A stretch of DNA of 64,000 nt from Candidatus Poribacteria bacterium (GTDB taxonomy: Bacteria; Poribacteria; WGA-4E; PCPOR2b), in contig OZ242351.1 of assembly GCA_965208675.1 (NCBI GenBank), forward strand, positions 1,984,001 through 2,048,000. The letters run 5' to 3'. A model generated the notes under the pieces. The model ran no database searches. It was not told the DNA's origin and worked only from the letters and a program-made list of their open reading frames with translations. The position numbers and the translations under genes were made by a program. How positions within the stretch are numbered: the stretch's first letter is position 1; each line of letters begins with the position of its first letter. This document shows, one piece after another, positions 10,376 through 20,060 of this stretch.

Positions 10376-10597
10376 CTTACTATTACCCACAAGTCCGCAA
10401 AGTCGGATAGTTTACAGGTTTTCTCCCCTCATTCTTGACGATACCATGCTGTGAAACGCCTGTAGGAAGGGCTTCCTAGCCCTGATTATCGGGACAGGGA
10501 TGTCCCTCCCACAGTCTGCACCATGCCGAAATGAACAATCGTTCGTAGCCCCAACATAGTCGGCGTCTAGCTCCAGAGGCTTGTGGGTAATAGTAAG
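10376..10597. mobile_element. MITE-like element copy 1 with 18-bp perfect terminal inverted repeats
   Basis: CTTACTATTACCCACAAG ... CTTGTGGGTAATAGTAAG, 222 bp, non-coding, diverged copy at 10752-10974. Confidence 0.75.
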
Positions 10598-10751
10598 TTT
10601 ATAAAGGGGGAGGGTATTAGTGGAGAAGACTATCGTGGCAACCAGAAAACTATCGCCTTCGCTAATCGCTTAGTTGATTCTATTCAGCCGGTTGATTCCG
10701 CCAAATACGTTACTCCGGCGTTGAGTAGGGCAAGGTGCCACGCCTACGGAG

Positions 10752-10974
10752 CTTACTATTACCCGCAAGTCCGTAAAGTCGGAATGGGATACGGGATTTC
10801 TCCCCTGATTCTTGACGTAACCATCCTGTGAAGCCCCTGTGGAAAGGGCTTCCTAGCCCTGATTATCGGGACAGGAATGTCCCTCCCACAGTTTACACCA
10901 TACCAAAATGAACGTTCGTTCTTAGCTCCAACATAGACGGCGTCTAACGCCGGAGACTTGTGGGTAATCGTAAG
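10752..10974. mobile_element. MITE-like element copy 2
   Basis: CTTACTATTACCCGCAAG ... CTTGTGGGTAATCGTAAG, 223 bp, collinear with copy 1. Confidence 0.75.
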
Positions 10975-10999
10975 TCAACGGAGGGGGGCGGCGGCGAAC

Positions 11000-12865
11000 T
11001 CAGTCGATTCGTCGACGTTGATAGAGCCACCACTCGACGGCGCTCAGGGCGACGGCAAGAAAGATTAGATAAATCCACGGCGGGTAACGCAGCAGGGCGG
11101 AGCCGCCGAGTCCAATCATTTCCTCGCCCAGTAAGTCTTCGATCGACGGCGTTACACCGATTTGCGATTCCGATTCGTCCGTGAGGTTGACTGCCCAGAC
11201 CTCCTCGTCCGCACCGAACTGTAGTTCATAGAAGCCGGAGACGGACGTCTGATCGAAGAGGAGTTGACCGTCCTCAACCGCGACTTCCGTTTGCCCGCCC
11301 GCCGGGGTGGTAATGGCAGCCGTTTCTACCGCGGAAGGAACCTGTTTGCTCAAAATCTCGCCGGTTTGAAGATGGTAGTCTTCGATTCCCGAACCGCGTC
11401 GAAACCACTGGATGGTGTTGGCAATGATTACCGGAAAAGCGATGCGCAGCGGCAGATCCGATCTCAGGATGTCGATGGCAGCAAAGACTATTTTTCGATT
11501 TGCGGTCGAATCAACAATCAACAATGGGTCGTCAAAAGAACGCACGAGGACTTTGGCGTGCGGGGGCGGTGTGACCTGATAGGCTTCCCCGATCAGGACA
11601 TTGTCGAGTTGGACGTAGCGGAGGATGGGATGGTCACGCTCCCAATCGGTAACAATCGGCGATTCGAGCGGTTCTCCAATCTTCCACATGGCGCCGTTTT
11701 TCGGCGGATAGATGAGCATATAGTTGCCGTCGCCGAGTTCGGGCGGGCTGTACCGGTCAAAAATCGTCACGCCCTCACTGACGGAACTGTACTGATCCGG
11801 CGCAACGACCGACACATCCAACTTTTCATCAACGGCGAGCGCGTTTTCGAGGAATGTGTTGCCGCGCGTGACGAGCAGGACAGGGATTTGCTCGCGTTTG
11901 GGCAAGGCGGCGTAAGCGACGTTGTCGGTAGCGAGCGCATCATCGACATCGATTGCTGCTTTTAGCCGGCCGCCTTCGAAAGTGAAATTGCTGAAGATTT
12001 CAGATTTGTCTTCGCCGGCGGCTAGCGTATAGGGGCGCACATCGAGGAGAGCGTCGTTGAGGTAGAGTTCCACTTTGAACGACTTTTCCGCCTCTGAATT
12101 GTTGGCAACCGTTAACAGGGTCTGGTAGTCGAAGGCGTTGACAAGACTCTTCCGCACCCGAAACTGCGTGATTCCGACGTTATCGCTCACTGTGTCCGCA
12201 ACCGGCATCAGGTGCAGTTTGACGTGGGGCGGCGGATTTTGGAGCATATCCGCGACCTGCTCACCCTGATGGGTTGCGCCTATCGCAAAGTCGCTGAAAA
12301 CTACAATTTCGGGGTTAGTATTGGTCTGCGTTACGGAATAGGCGAGCGACAGCGCGGGCGCCAAATCGGTCTTTACATCGGTAGGTTGAATCGCCTCAAT
12401 GGCGGCGCGCAGGGATTTCTGATGGTTGGTGAACGGGCTTTGAATGATAGGCTGCGTGTGGCAACTGATGACCATCATCTCATCAATATAGCGGAGGTTA
12501 TCCACGAGTTTCAGCGCACGCTCTTTAGCAGATTCGAGGCGTGTTTGCATGTCGCCGCGGGTGTTCATGCTGGCAGAATGGTCGATGATTAGCACCATCT
12601 GACGCGCCAATTTCGTCATGAATCCGAACTGCGGCCGCGCTATTGCGAGGACGAGGAGCGCTAGGAACAACAACTGCAGCAGCAGAGATAACAGGTGTTT
12701 TAGCTTTTGGAATAGGGACGTGGTTTGCCTCTCTTTGAAAATCTGTTCCCAGAACATCAGGGTGGAGACGGGTTCGCGGCGGCGGCGCAGTTTGAGGATG
12801 TAGAGGGCAACGATTGGAGCGGCGATACCAAATAGGAATAGCGCGGCGGGAGATAGGAAGTTCAT
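11000..12865 (-). CDS. BatA-like N-terminal + vWA domain membrane protein
   Basis: MNFLSP..PIVALYILKLRRRR..VSTLMFW..LAIARP (BatA N-term), MIDAS DHSASM, C-terminal VNLTDESES and EWWLY anchor. Confidence 0.9.
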   Translation of the reverse strand: MNFLSPAALFLFGIAAPIVALYILKLRRRREPVSTLMFWEQIFKERQTTSLFQKLKHLLSLLLQLLFLALLVLAIARPQFGFMTKLARQMVLIIDHSASMNTRGDMQTRLESAKERALKLVDNLRYIDEMMVISCHTQPIIQSPFTNHQKSLRAAIEAIQPTDVKTDLAPALSLAYSVTQTNTNPEIVVFSDFAIGATHQGEQVADMLQNPPPHVKLHLMPVADTVSDNVGITQFRVRKSLVNAFDYQTLLTVANNSEAEKSFKVELYLNDALLDVRPYTLAAGEDKSEIFSNFTFEGGRLKAAIDVDDALATDNVAYAALPKREQIPVLLVTRGNTFLENALAVDEKLDVSVVAPDQYSSVSEGVTIFDRYSPPELGDGNYMLIYPPKNGAMWKIGEPLESPIVTDWERDHPILRYVQLDNVLIGEAYQVTPPPHAKVLVRSFDDPLLIVDSTANRKIVFAAIDILRSDLPLRIAFPVIIANTIQWFRRGSGIEDYHLQTGEILSKQVPSAVETAAITTPAGGQTEVAVEDGQLLFDQTSVSGFYELQFGADEEVWAVNLTDESESQIGVTPSIEDLLGEEMIGLGGSALLRYPPWIYLIFLAVALSAVEWWLYQRRRID

Positions 12866-12930
12866 ATTAGTGTTGAAAATTTTTGGTGTACGATAGACGC
12901 GGTTCGGACGAGTGCACCTCGGCTCGAGGT

Positions 12931-13827
12931 TTAGGACACAAACCCGCCCATTCGAAAGATGCGCAAAATGAGTTCATCAAAGGGTAATTCGGTGGCTGTG
13001 CGGATGAATCCTATTTCACGCTGCACACAGTAGCGGTCGAGGTCGCCGCAATACTTCTGGAACAGCGTTTTGTATCGTTTGAGGTGACTTTCGTTGATAG
13101 TGACGGGACGAAGCTGATTCGTTTCCATATCGACGAGGTGATAGTCACCCAGCAATTCGGGATTCACCTCTTTGTCGTCAACGATATGGATTAAGAATAG
13201 GTCGTGTTTCTGAAATTTTAACACGTTTAGCCCGTCGGTGAACCCGCGCGGATCAAAGAGGTCCGAGATTAGCACTACCAGCCCGCGGCGTTTGGCGGTG
13301 TGTACAAAGTTGCTGAAAGCGGTCTGAAGATTGGTTTCGCCGGCGCCGTCGATCCGATCTAGGAAGTCTAGCACGGTAAAGATTTTGCCCTTCCCGCGCT
13401 CCGTCGGCAGCCGATTCAGGTCTGCTTCGGTGAAGGCGGTGATGCTGACGCGGTCGAGATTCGACAAGCCGATATAGGCGAGTGCGGCAGCGACACGTTT
13501 GGCGTACAGCAGTTTCTGGGGGTCGCCGTAGGTCATTGACCGGCTGGCATCCACGAGAAAGTAGATGTGCAGGTCCTCGCGTTCTTCGTAGAGTTTCAGC
13601 AGGAGTTCGTCGAACCGGGCGAATGCGTTCCAGTCGATATAACGGAAATCGTCGCCGGCGGTATAGTTACGGTAGTCGGCAAACTCGACACTCACGCCGC
13701 GGCGAGTACTGCGGCGTTCGGCTTTGATTCTGCCAGCGAAAATCTTTTTCGAGACGATGTAAAGGTATTCCAGTTTTTTCAGAAATTCGCTGTCAAAGGC
13801 GGATTGGGTAGATTGGATTTCGTTCAT
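12931..13827 (-). CDS. DUF58 domain protein
   Basis: GVSVEFADYRNYTAGDDFRYIDWNAFAR, VDASRSM, LISDL; start at MNEIQ with AAGGGG RBS. Confidence 0.93.
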   Translation of the reverse strand: MNEIQSTQSAFDSEFLKKLEYLYIVSKKIFAGRIKAERRSTRRGVSVEFADYRNYTAGDDFRYIDWNAFARFDELLLKLYEEREDLHIYFLVDASRSMTYGDPQKLLYAKRVAAALAYIGLSNLDRVSITAFTEADLNRLPTERGKGKIFTVLDFLDRIDGAGETNLQTAFSNFVHTAKRRGLVVLISDLFDPRGFTDGLNVLKFQKHDLFLIHIVDDKEVNPELLGDYHLVDMETNQLRPVTINESHLKRYKTLFQKYCGDLDRYCVQREIGFIRTATELPFDELILRIFRMGGFVS

Positions 13828-13867
13828 GGCGAGGCAGCCCCTTGAAATGTAGGTTGCGCAATTGTCA

Positions 13868-14653
13868 TCACTCTGAACTTCGGCGGCTTCGGCGACCGAT
13901 GATGACAGCACCAACAACTATTACTAAACTGATAAGCAACAGCCAGACCAGCGCACCGTATTCGTGTTTTTGCGATTCAGGTTCTTCTTCAGCCGTTTTC
14001 GACGGCACCGTGCTTTCGCCACCGAAAAGCCTCTTCAAGAAGGAACCGAAGGACGCCTTTTTGGACATTTTCATCGCCACCGACTGATCGCCGCCGGCGG
14101 TAACTGTCATTGGTTTACCGAGACGGTCGCCGTAACCCTCTTTAGTGAAGTTCAACAGGTAGCGGCCGCTAGGTAAGCCGATTATCACGAATTCTCCGTT
14201 GCTGCCAGTCTGCGTTTCGTGTTCGATGCCGGCAGGATCAACGGCAACCACTCGGACGCCTTCAATCGGGTTTTGAAGCGATGAGGTGTCAGTGACAATT
14301 CCCCGTATGGTACCCATTTTAGACATCTTCATCTGCAAATATAGGTCGCCCGCAGCGGTAGCCGTAATCGGCTTACCTAGACGCTCTCTGTACCCCTCTT
14401 TAGTGAAGTTCATCAGATAGCGGCCGGGAGGCAAATGAATGATTTCGTACTCGCCGTTGCTGTCCGTCAGCGTTTCGTGTTCGATGCCATCAGCATTAAC
14501 GGCAACCACTCGGACACCTTCAATTGGGTTTGCAAACGGTGAGGTGTCAAGGACCATCCCGCGTACGGTGCCAGTATTTGAGTCTTGGGCGAACCCAAGC
14601 GTTTGCACGACGGCAAAGCTGCATAGAGTTAGTATTAAGTACAACCGTTTCAT
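13868..14653 (-). CDS. Membrane-anchored protein with two carboxypeptidase-regulatory-like (transthyretin-fold) repeats
   Basis: GGGAGGA RBS, signal peptide MKRLYLIL, two 86-aa repeats (GTVRG..PIEGVRV..TDSNGEY..LPPGRY), C-terminal TM + basic tail. Confidence 0.85.
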   Translation of the reverse strand: MKRLYLILTLCSFAVVQTLGFAQDSNTGTVRGMVLDTSPFANPIEGVRVVAVNADGIEHETLTDSNGEYEIIHLPPGRYLMNFTKEGYRERLGKPITATAAGDLYLQMKMSKMGTIRGIVTDTSSLQNPIEGVRVVAVDPAGIEHETQTGSNGEFVIIGLPSGRYLLNFTKEGYGDRLGKPMTVTAGGDQSVAMKMSKKASFGSFLKRLFGGESTVPSKTAEEEPESQKHEYGALVWLLLISLVIVVGAVIIGRRSRRSSE

Positions 14654-14868
14654 GATTTCCTCCCTATTAAAGTTAGGACTTGCGCGGTTCAGTTTGCAAC
14701 GGCACAATTTATTGTGCGTCCGGCAAGCCGTTAACTTCCTTGACCTGATATATTGTTTTGTGTGGAAAGGGGCAATGAAGACGAATCTCAATCGGCTTCG
14801 CTATTCGGTCAGTTGAACCAATTCAGCGAACGCGGGGCAAGATGCCACGCATACGGTGGGCGGCGGCG

Positions 14869-15852
14869 TTATTGGATTTCCTCCAGCAGGTGTTGGATAA
14901 TTCCGTCCGGGTCGATTCCTTCAGCTTCGCCTTCAAAGTTGAGAATTAATCGGTGGCGGAGGCTTGGCAATGCGACGGCTTGAATGTCCTCGCGGGCAAC
15001 GTTGTAGCGGTCATCAAGGATTGCCTTGACTTTGCCGCCAAGAATCAACGCTTGGGCACCACGGGGGCTTGAACCGTAACGGACATATTTTTTGGTTAGC
15101 TCGGGGGCGTCCGCCGAATCGGGGTGCGTGCCCAACACAATCCGCAATGCGTACCTGCGGACATCTTCGGCAATGAGGATGTCGCGGACAATCTGTTCCA
15201 ATGCGTTGATTCGTTCCCCGTCGCAGACTTTTTCAACGACAGGCATGTCGCGCTTCGTGGTGCGTTCCATCACGAGGTCGAGTTCGTCGAGGCTGGGATA
15301 TTCGACCTTGAGTTTGAAAAAGAAGCGGTCGAGTTGGGCTTCGGGGAGTGGATATGTGCCCTCCATTTCCAACGGATTTTGCGTCGCCATGACAAAGAAG
15401 GGGGGTTGCAAGGTATGATGTTTTCCCGCAACGGTGACGGACTTCTCCTGCATGGCTTCAAGCAGCGCAGATTGCGTCTTGGGTGTGGCTCGGTTGATTT
15501 CATCGGCGAGCACGAGATTGCTAAACACCGGACCGGATTGGAAATCAAAGAATTTGCGTCCGTCCTCATCTTCGGCGACGACGTTAGTGCCGATTATGTC
15601 GGCGGGCATCAGATCGGGCGTGAACTGAATGCGGGCAAATCCGAGATCGAGCACCTCATGCAGCGTCCGAATGAGCAGGGTTTTGCCCAAGCCGGGCACG
15701 CCCTCCAAGAGCGCGTGTCCGCCTGTCATTAGGCAGATTAATACGCCTTCGACAATCTCCGCTTGTCCGACGATGCGTTTGGCAACCTCGTCTTTGATAT
15801 GATTGAAGACTTCGCGAAATTCTTGGTATTGATGTTCAAGATTTTCCGACAT
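14869..15852 (-). CDS. moxR: MoxR-family AAA+ ATPase
   Basis: LEGVPGLGKT, RIQFTPDLMPADI, LADEINRATPKTQSALLEAMQE, ATQNPLEMEGTYPLPEAQLDRF. Confidence 0.96.
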   Translation of the reverse strand: MSENLEHQYQEFREVFNHIKDEVAKRIVGQAEIVEGVLICLMTGGHALLEGVPGLGKTLLIRTLHEVLDLGFARIQFTPDLMPADIIGTNVVAEDEDGRKFFDFQSGPVFSNLVLADEINRATPKTQSALLEAMQEKSVTVAGKHHTLQPPFFVMATQNPLEMEGTYPLPEAQLDRFFFKLKVEYPSLDELDLVMERTTKRDMPVVEKVCDGERINALEQIVRDILIAEDVRRYALRIVLGTHPDSADAPELTKKYVRYGSSPRGAQALILGGKVKAILDDRYNVAREDIQAVALPSLRHRLILNFEGEAEGIDPDGIIQHLLEEIQ

Positions 15853-15877
15853 GATTTCCCCCTTCTGTGAACGATTT

Positions 15878-16085
15878 GGGCAACCGCAAGGGTTGCACGT
15901 ACAAAGAATTAATCAGATTTATGGGCGCGGTATGGGATTGACCAAATTCCCTTTAGAGCATGATTGAATAATAGGCGACAAACCCATTTTTGGATTTCTG
16001 TTCCGCTATGACCTGTCGCCCCGCTGGGGCTATCTCCTACGGAAATTGGTGCAGCGATTTGGGCAACCACAAGGGTTGCCCCTAC
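15878..16085. repeat. REP cluster (families B and A)
   Basis: GGGCAACCGCAAGGGTTGCACGTAC 15878-15902, ACCTGTCGCCCCGCTGGGGCT 16011-16031, GGGCAACCACAAGGGTTGCCCCTAC 16061-16085. Confidence 0.8.
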
Positions 16086-16141
16086 AGAGAATTAACTCGA
16101 TGTAGGGGCGGGGCTTGGGTGTGCCCGATTTCCTTTAATTT

Positions 16142-17161
16142 CTATTTCCAGGTGTCTTCTTGGACGGCATGGGAATCAGCCTTGTTTCGGATGGCGGTCC
16201 ACCACTTTCGATTTTCGGCGTACCAACGGACGGTATCCCGAAGTCCGGATTCAAAATCGATCTGCGGTTCCCAACCGAGTTCCGTCCAAATCTTCGTCGA
16301 ATCCAATAGGTATCGGCGATCGTGACCGGGGCGGTCGGGGACGTATGTTTTTAAAGACGCGGGTTTGTCCAATGCGGCTAGGATTGCGTCGGCAATTTCC
16401 TCGATACTTTGTTCGACGCCGCTGCCGATGTTGTAAGTTTCGCCGATTTTCCCATTCCGAATAATCAGATCGATGGCGTGGCAGTGATCAAAAACGGCGA
16501 GCCATTCCCGCCGGTTTTGGCTGTTGCGATAGAGTGGCAGCGGTTTGTCGTCGATGGCGTGCGTTGTAAACAGCGGTATGACCTTTTCGGGGTGCTGATA
16601 AGGCCCGTAGTTGTTTGAACAGTTCGAAATGGTGACTGGAAGCTGATAGGTTTCAAAATAGGCGCGGACTGCATGGTCTGCGGCGGCTTTTGATGCGTTA
16701 TACGGTGTGCGCGGGCGATAGGGATGGTTCTCCGTGAATTCTTCGCACGAGTCGAGGGAGAGGTCGCCGTAGACCTCGCAGGTGGAGATGTGGTGAAACC
16801 GGGCAACCTGATGTTTGCGGGCGAGGTCAAGCAGCGTCTGTGTACCCATGACGTTCGTCTCGAAGAATCGGCGCGGCTGGAGAACAGCGCGGCTGTTGTG
16901 GGATTCTGCGGCGAAATTTACAATCACATCGGGAGGGAGTTCCGCCATGAGCCGATCAATGCAGCGATAATCTCCAATGCCGGCATTGATAAAGCGGTAT
17001 CTATCGGGGTGGCTATCGGCGTCATTTGAGAAGTTTGACGGATCGCCCGCGTAGGTTAGGGAATCGATGTTGACAACCGAATCGCTCGGATAGCGTTCAA
17101 GCCAGTATCGGCTGAAATTGCATCCTATGAATCCCGCTCCGCCAGTAACCCATAGCCTCAT
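16142..17161 (-). CDS. rfbB: dTDP-glucose 4,6-dehydratase-like extended SDR
   Basis: VTGGAGFIG, DSLTYAG, NFAAESH, YNASK, CSNNYGPYQHPEK.IP, DRPGHDRRY; catalytic STDE reads STCE. Confidence 0.85.
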   Translation of the reverse strand: MRLWVTGGAGFIGCNFSRYWLERYPSDSVVNIDSLTYAGDPSNFSNDADSHPDRYRFINAGIGDYRCIDRLMAELPPDVIVNFAAESHNSRAVLQPRRFFETNVMGTQTLLDLARKHQVARFHHISTCEVYGDLSLDSCEEFTENHPYRPRTPYNASKAAADHAVRAYFETYQLPVTISNCSNNYGPYQHPEKVIPLFTTHAIDDKPLPLYRNSQNRREWLAVFDHCHAIDLIIRNGKIGETYNIGSGVEQSIEEIADAILAALDKPASLKTYVPDRPGHDRRYLLDSTKIWTELGWEPQIDFESGLRDTVRWYAENRKWWTAIRNKADSHAVQEDTWK

Positions 17162-17273
17162 GAAACCATCCTCAACCGCGGGTTGTGTCACGGCATGTTC
17201 GGAGATTTAGTTGCGCCGCAGCAGCGGTTTGCTTCGGAGCCATGATGCGCAGGAAAGCCAATCAGGACATTTC

Positions 17274-19130
17274 CTACCGCCGTTTAAACCGGCTCTCAAG
17301 TTCGTTTTTTGCCATCTCGACGACAATTGGGCGTGAGTGCGGGCAATTAAACGGTAATTTAGCTTTCGATAGGTCCTTGACCAACGCGACCATTTCCTCC
17401 ATCGTCAATGAATCGCCGCCTTTGACGGCGGATTTGCAAGCGAGCATTATCAGCGCATCATCCTGCACGCCGAGCAGTTCGTCGGGTGGGATTGCATTTT
17501 GCGGGAGCCGATCCAATAGGTCTGTCACCGTCTTTGCGATTGACGATGTCGCCAACATGGCGGGAATGGAACGCACAAGGATGGTATTGCCTCCGAACTG
17601 CTCTATCTCGAAACCGAGTTTCTTGAATAGTTCGGTGTGCGCATTGAGTGTGGTTAACTGCTGTGAGGTCACCTCAATTGTTGCGGGGAGTAGTAAGCCC
17701 TGCACCGGAATCCCGTCCGCTTTCAGTTGATGGACAAATTGCTCGTAGAGCACCCGCTCGGCTGCGACGTGCTGGTCGATGAAAAACACGCGGTCTTTCG
17801 CCTCCGCCACGATGTAAGTATTAAACAGATTTGCCTTCAGTTGTACATCTTCAAAATCGAAGAGTTCGAGGGCCGTGCCGTCAGGGATGGTACGTTCAGG
17901 CGGTTGGATTTCCGCCGGCGTACCAGAAGGGAGAGGCTCAAACGCAACTTCGGCGGTTTGCTCAGGCTGCCGCGGCGGTTGAGACGCAGGGTTAATCCGG
18001 TCGTCGGTTCCGATTTCCATCCCGGTTTCCGCGGTTTGGGAGAAGATTCGAGGGTTTTCTTCAACACCGAACCCGCCTTCATTTTCGAATGGAGGACCGG
18101 CCGGCGATGCCGGCTGCGCCGCCTTGTCAAGCCGCGGGATATACTTGTGCTTGTGCACACCGCTGTTTATCATGCGCGAAACGGCGCTGAAGATTGCGCG
18201 TTCATTTCTAAATCGTACCTCGACCTTGGCGGGGTGCACGTTCACATCGACCTCTTGTGCGTCCATCGTCAGGAACAGGAAAGCCACGGCGTACCGATCC
18301 TTGGGCACCATGGCGCGCATGGCTTCGCCGAGGGCGGCGCCGATAATCTTGCTGCGGATTGGCCTAGCGTTCAGAAAAAACAGTTGGTAGCTGCGATTCG
18401 ATTTAGTGAGTTCGGGTTTGCCAATGAAGGTGTGCAAACGAAGGTTGGGCAACTCCGCGTCAAATTCGATTAAGTTTTCGGCGAACTCCTTCCCGTAGAG
18501 CAGGCGAATCCGCTCAATATAGGAATCACAGGTACGGACATCAATCAGGGAACGGCGGTCGTGGGATAGGGAAAATTGAACTTTCGGGTGTGCGAGCGCC
18601 GCCCAAGTCACTTGGTTGGTAAGGTGGTTTAACTCGGTGGTGTCGGTTTTCAGGAATTTCAGGCGCGCGGGGACATTATAGAACAGGTTATTGATAGTGA
18701 TGTGCGTGCCGGGCGAACAGCCGCTTTCCTGCACGGATTTTACGCCGCCGCCTTCGACGGCGATTTTTGTGCCCGCGAGGTCATCAGATTTGCGCGTCAG
18801 CAACTCAAGCTGCGATACGGAGGCGATACTCGGGAGCGCCTCGCCGCGGAATCCAAACGTGCGAATGTGCTGCAAATCGTCAATGGTTCCGACTTTGCTT
18901 GTGGCATGGCGTTTTAGGGCAACCTGGGCATCCTCGCGGGACATACCCGTGCCGTTGTCGGAGACGCGGATGAGCCGTTTGCCGCCAGCGCGGATTTCAA
19001 CTTTTATCTTGGTACTCTCGGCGTCAATGGCGTTTTCGATGAGTTCCTTGACTACGGACGCGGGCCGCTCGACAACTTCACCGGCTGCGATTTTGTTGGC
19101 AATTTCGGGCGGAAGAATTTTGATTGGCAT
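17274..19130 (-). CDS. mutL: DNA mismatch repair endonuclease MutL
   Basis: IAAGEVVERPASVVKELIENAIDA, GFRGEALPSI, DVNVHPAK.EVRF, DQHVAAERVLYE, ACK, CPHSRP. Confidence 0.98.
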   Translation of the reverse strand: MPIKILPPEIANKIAAGEVVERPASVVKELIENAIDAESTKIKVEIRAGGKRLIRVSDNGTGMSREDAQVALKRHATSKVGTIDDLQHIRTFGFRGEALPSIASVSQLELLTRKSDDLAGTKIAVEGGGVKSVQESGCSPGTHITINNLFYNVPARLKFLKTDTTELNHLTNQVTWAALAHPKVQFSLSHDRRSLIDVRTCDSYIERIRLLYGKEFAENLIEFDAELPNLRLHTFIGKPELTKSNRSYQLFFLNARPIRSKIIGAALGEAMRAMVPKDRYAVAFLFLTMDAQEVDVNVHPAKVEVRFRNERAIFSAVSRMINSGVHKHKYIPRLDKAAQPASPAGPPFENEGGFGVEENPRIFSQTAETGMEIGTDDRINPASQPPRQPEQTAEVAFEPLPSGTPAEIQPPERTIPDGTALELFDFEDVQLKANLFNTYIVAEAKDRVFFIDQHVAAERVLYEQFVHQLKADGIPVQGLLLPATIEVTSQQLTTLNAHTELFKKLGFEIEQFGGNTILVRSIPAMLATSSIAKTVTDLLDRLPQNAIPPDELLGVQDDALIMLACKSAVKGGDSLTMEEMVALVKDLSKAKLPFNCPHSRPIVVEMAKNELESRFKRR

Positions 19131-19265
19131 TATGGGTTCCTAAGATTGTGGATGACACCCCAAATTGTACCACAAAGTTTCCGATTCAACAATGGCTATT
19201 TTTTTCGCAGTACCAACGTACGGCGCGCAGGACGAATGCGGTACTGACAAACGATGAATTTTTAC

Positions 19266-19294
19266 TTGCATTCGGACTTTGCATTATGTATAAT
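19266..19294 (+). promoter_or_regulatory. Promoter of tRNA-Asn
   Basis: TTGCAT-17 bp-TATAAT, 50 bp upstream of tRNA. Confidence 0.75.
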
Positions 19295-19343
19295 TATGCC
19301 TTGTTTTCTGACGTTGCTCGGGGTTTCACCTGCGAGTCATTAT

Positions 19344-19419
19344 TCCCCTGTAGCTCAGCTGGTAGAGCGGGTGGCTGTTAACCACCTTGTCGGCGGTTCG
19401 AGTCCGTCCGGGGGAGCCA
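19344..19419 (+). tRNA. tRNA-Asn (GTT)
   Basis: 76 nt cloverleaf: acceptor TCCCCTG/CGGGGGA, D arm GCTCAGCTGGTAGAGC, anticodon stem GGTGG/CCACC with loop CTGTTAA, GGTTCGAGTCC, encoded CCA. Confidence 0.98.
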
Positions 19420-19460
19420 ATTATATTTGCCGCCAATACGGCGGTCTACGCGTTTATACC

Positions 19461-19494
19461 AAGACCCTAGTGGGCAACCCCATTGGGGTTTTGT
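19461..19494 (+). terminator. Probable intrinsic terminator after tRNA-Asn
   Basis: Hairpin AAGACCCTAGTGGG-CAA-CCCCATTGGGGTTTT followed by T-rich bases. Confidence 0.6.
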
Positions 19495-19548
19495 TGTATC
19501 TGCGGCTGGTTGATGGCGTTGTCGATTCCGCGCGTAGAGGAATAATCA

Positions 19549-19920
19549 ATGATTAAGGGTGTGCATACGATGTTCTACTCGTCGGAGCCGGAGACGTTGC
19601 GGGAGTTCATTCGCGACAAACTCGGCTTCGATTCCTATACGGATGTTGGCGGCGGTTGGCTTATTTTCAACCTGCCGGAAGCGGATATGGGGGTGCATGA
19701 CGCCGATCCGAGCGGAGCGCACGGTGCACCTGCCGGCACGCACGACATCTCCTTCTACTGCGACGACATCCGGACTACGGTGGCAGAGTTGGGAAACCGG
19801 GGCGTGGTCTTTGACGGCGACGTAGTTGACGCCGGATTCGGGCTGGTGGTGCACTTTGAGATGCCGGGCGGGGTGCGCGTGCAGCTCTACCAACCGCATT
19901 ACGAGAAGAATTCCGCCTGA
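19549..19920 (+). CDS. VOC/glyoxalase family protein
   Basis: FIRDKLGF..DVGGGWLIF, ISFYCDDIRTTVAEL..RGV, DAGFG; GAGG RBS. Confidence 0.88.
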   Translation: MIKGVHTMFYSSEPETLREFIRDKLGFDSYTDVGGGWLIFNLPEADMGVHDADPSGAHGAPAGTHDISFYCDDIRTTVAELGNRGVVFDGDVVDAGFGLVVHFEMPGGVRVQLYQPHYEKNSA

Positions 19921-20060
19921 AGCGTTGCGGACGATGATTTTGAATTGCAGTCCAAACTAAATTTCGACAGTTCGGCAAGGAGACGAAGGCGCATGTCCGA
20001 TGGCCTTTTCGCCGTCCGCTAATCCTTACCCATGCCACTAAGCACAAGGAGAATAGTGTT

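Noticed and set aside
10066-10831. Short ORFs at 10066-10278 and 10583-10831
   Set aside because: Translations of REP and MITE sequence.
14056-14572. Diversity-generating retroelement TR/VR pair
   Set aside because: The 258-bp repeat is an in-frame domain duplication with differences not confined to adenines, and no reverse transcriptase is present.
11264-18473. Long antisense ORFs (11264-11965, 15124-15732, 17185-17730, 17727-18473)
   Set aside because: Shadow ORFs opposite well-supported GC-rich genes.
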